64,000 bases of DNA from Saccostrea cucullata (lineage: Eukaryota): NCBI RefSeq assembly GCF_032062105.1, contig NW_026938238.1:62001-126000 (forward strand), written 5' to 3'. Shown here in pieces: positions 61,545 through 64,000 of this stretch (its first letter is position 1; the number at the start of each line of letters is the position of its first letter). The notes below the pieces were generated by a model that had not been told where the DNA came from, did no database searches, and was given only the letters and a program-made list of their open reading frames with translations. Both the position numbers and the translations under genes were made by a program.

Positions 61545-62304
61545 GTATGTTGTTGTCATTTTATTTTTTTTATATTGTAAACGTTAAATTGATTGAAGAC
61601 AAAGAAAATATTATGTGTTTAGAGAATAGATGTGTAAACAGTGATCTCCTACGATGTTAATGTTGATGGTCAATATAACGTTAAATCAAAATGGCGACAT
61701 TGGTTTCTGGTTTGTGCAAATTTTAGTTTTCTATATGTAACGGCATGTAAAATTTGGGCGGGGGGATGACGGGTGATTAATGAGATATTGCTATAAATCA
61801 TACGCAGAAACCCAGCCTCGTTTTGGATTCGAAGCACGTGACTATTTCAGTTCCACACAACTAATAGTTTCCTTTCACGAAGCGTTGAACGGAAGCTCGA
61901 TTATTTATTGCATAATGTTACTATTATCAATTGTTGACAAATATTGAGAAGGAAGATCATGAATGGTTTTTCATTCTTTAGTATTGAATAGAAACAAACA
62001 GCTATATGTAACTATGTTTTCAATCCTGGTCATCAGGTTTTTTCCTCCCACATGGAATAGATATGTTAATAACACCAATTTTTGTCTCGTGCCTCTTCTC
62101 TTCTTCAAATAATTTCCAATGTTCAAATGTGCATTCCGAAAATATGTGGACCATTTTGTGAAATGTTTGATAGGTATACAAGATGTTGGATTGTTATTTC
62201 TTCTAAAAATATATTTGATAATTCCAAGTTAAGCTGGGATCATTTTTGGAAATTGAGTCAATTACTGAGTTAGTTCTATCTTATTTTCAATTGTGAAGTA
62301 GTAT

Positions 62305-62423
62305 ACAGTTATGGAATGGGTACGAGAGAAATAGCAAATTTATGGTTCCCCAAGGGAGGAAACTATTTCCTACCGAGGGGAACCATAAATTTGCTATTTC
62401 CCGAGTTCCCATTCCATAACTGT
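62305..62423. repeat. Long palindrome at the end of a probable non-autonomous element (~62300-62920)
   Basis: acagttatggaatggg...gaaatagcaaatttatggttcccc / ggggaaccataaatttgctatttc...cccattccataactgt. Confidence 0.8.
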
Positions 62424-63451
62424 TTTATTATACTGAAACAATCATAGGCCATTTAGTTTTTTTACCAGATACCCCAACGTTAAAAAAAAACAAAAAGTAG
62501 AGGCATTATTACAAATGCATGCCGTTTAACACATTGTATGATAAGTAATACATCGTGTCCTAAAACAATTAAATTATTTTTAAAAGTATTTTCACTGACA
62601 TTTCGAAGAATTATCGTTGTCTTCAATTTGCTAAAATTCAAGTATGATTTTGGCATCGCATGTCGAAATGTTTTGACGTCATAGTTACATTGCTAATAAC
62701 ATGATGTCACAGACTTGAGATTCCTTGAGCGCTCCACCTACTGAACACTTTGATTGGTTAAAATTACTAATAAATATTCATGAGGGAGTAGTCCCAGGGA
62801 GTAGCTCTGATTTTCCAGGGAGTAGTCTTCAGTTGAGGGTAGTAGTCTCTTCTCGGTGAAATAGACAGTTTTATGGTATTAATTTTATATAGAGTAATTA
62901 CAGTAAAGGTATAATAATATAATTTAAGGTTTCAAAACAATATGTGCATGACCAGTTTCAGGGTTAGTCTGCCTTATGTTAAAAATTTGGTTCTTTGACC
63001 AGATGACCCAAGGCAAACAGTTTGGTTCTTGCCTTTGGCAAAATGCTTCTTATGCATGATTTGGACGCAATGAATGTTCAAAGCTCATAAAACTTTTCAA
63101 ATGTATTTGTCTTATTTTTTCAGTATTTACAATATTTACCCTTTAAAACAAAACAAAGCTGGAAGTTTATTTTAAACATGTAAAATATGAAAAAGGAAAA
63201 GATAACAAAAAGTGAGCATGATCTCAGAAAGTTTTCAAACAGATTTGTGAACAAGGTGTAGTAAACACAGACCCCCCAGAAAGTACAGAAGTGGTCTCCG
63301 GTGTGTAGGAAAAGTAAGCATTGCAAGTCAGTCAGTCACATCTACAGCGCCACCTCAAAAGTATTCGCGGAAATACGAAATGGCGGACATTATAAACAAA
63401 GTCCGTCTCGAAAGTTTTGGGGCGAAATAATTATTAAAAAATTAGAAACAC

Positions 63452-64000
63452 TTACTTTAATATTTTGTCAAGCAACCATTTCGATCGAATAACTGCCATA
63501 ATTCTCCTTGGTGGTGAATAGTACAAGTTCTTGACATAATTTGGTTGATAGGAAGTCCATAGATCGTAAATGGCGTTGAAAAGTTCATCTGGAGTTTTTA
63601 TGTTTCGGGCAGTGTTTTGAAGATAATTTTTTATGCGAAGCCATATATTTTCTATTATGTTTGAATCTGGTGACTGGACAGGCCATGTCAAACAGTTTAT
63701 ATTATTGTCACGTTTATATTCTTCAATAATTCGTGTGCGATGCACAGGGGCATTATCGTCCTGAAACCGGTAAGTTCTGTTAGAGAAATGACGGGCTAAA
63801 ACAGACCAGAGATTGTTTTCCAGGATTTCTTTGTACTTTTATACAGCATTTATATTTCTATCAACATTGCTCAAAGTTCCGATGCCATGCCATGTTATAC
63901 AACTCCATATCATTATTGACACTCGCTTCTTAGGTCGAGGACACATGCACTGCGGACGGTAAGCCTCATTTGCAGATTGGCATACATATACACGATTATT
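63452..64000 (-). mobile_element. Tc1-family transposase C-terminus (DD34E), runs off window end
   Basis: FQDDNAPVH...WPVQSPDSNIIENIW, with 34 residues between the second catalytic D and E. A frameshift lies upstream. Confidence 0.9.

Overview
AT-rich eukaryotic (animal) genomic DNA, most likely from a bivalve mollusc such as an oyster. This is inferred from the repeat families and a VWA + chitin-binding secreted protein. Five protein-coding genes can be reconstructed by hand from splice sites and reading phase. (1) A secreted VWA + 2x chitin-binding (Pif97/BMSP-like) gene, +, 4716-6127. (2) CCDC152 with a single coding exon, -, 6597-7424. (3) RUSF1/C16orf58, +, 9649-14890, 14 exons, with exon 8 scrambled. 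(4) Kinase suppressor of Ras (KSR), -, 41654-19127, 22 exons. (5) RFC5, +, 41873-50397, head-to-head with KSR and containing a U12-type intron. A probable first exon of a sixth gene lies near 61500. The rest is transposon debris: hAT, Tc1, MITEs, Helentron-associated satellite elements, RTE, L2-like and Penelope-like retroelements, and tRNA-SINEs. The most unusual biology is in KSR. It has two duplicated, probably mutually exclusive exons for the C1 zinc finger and two paralogous alternative terminal exons with different 14-3-3 motifs. At least four of its exon boundaries (six counting weaker cases) have been independently amplified into splice-site-containing tandem arrays. All coordinates were counted manually and may be off by a few bases. 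No database searches were run.
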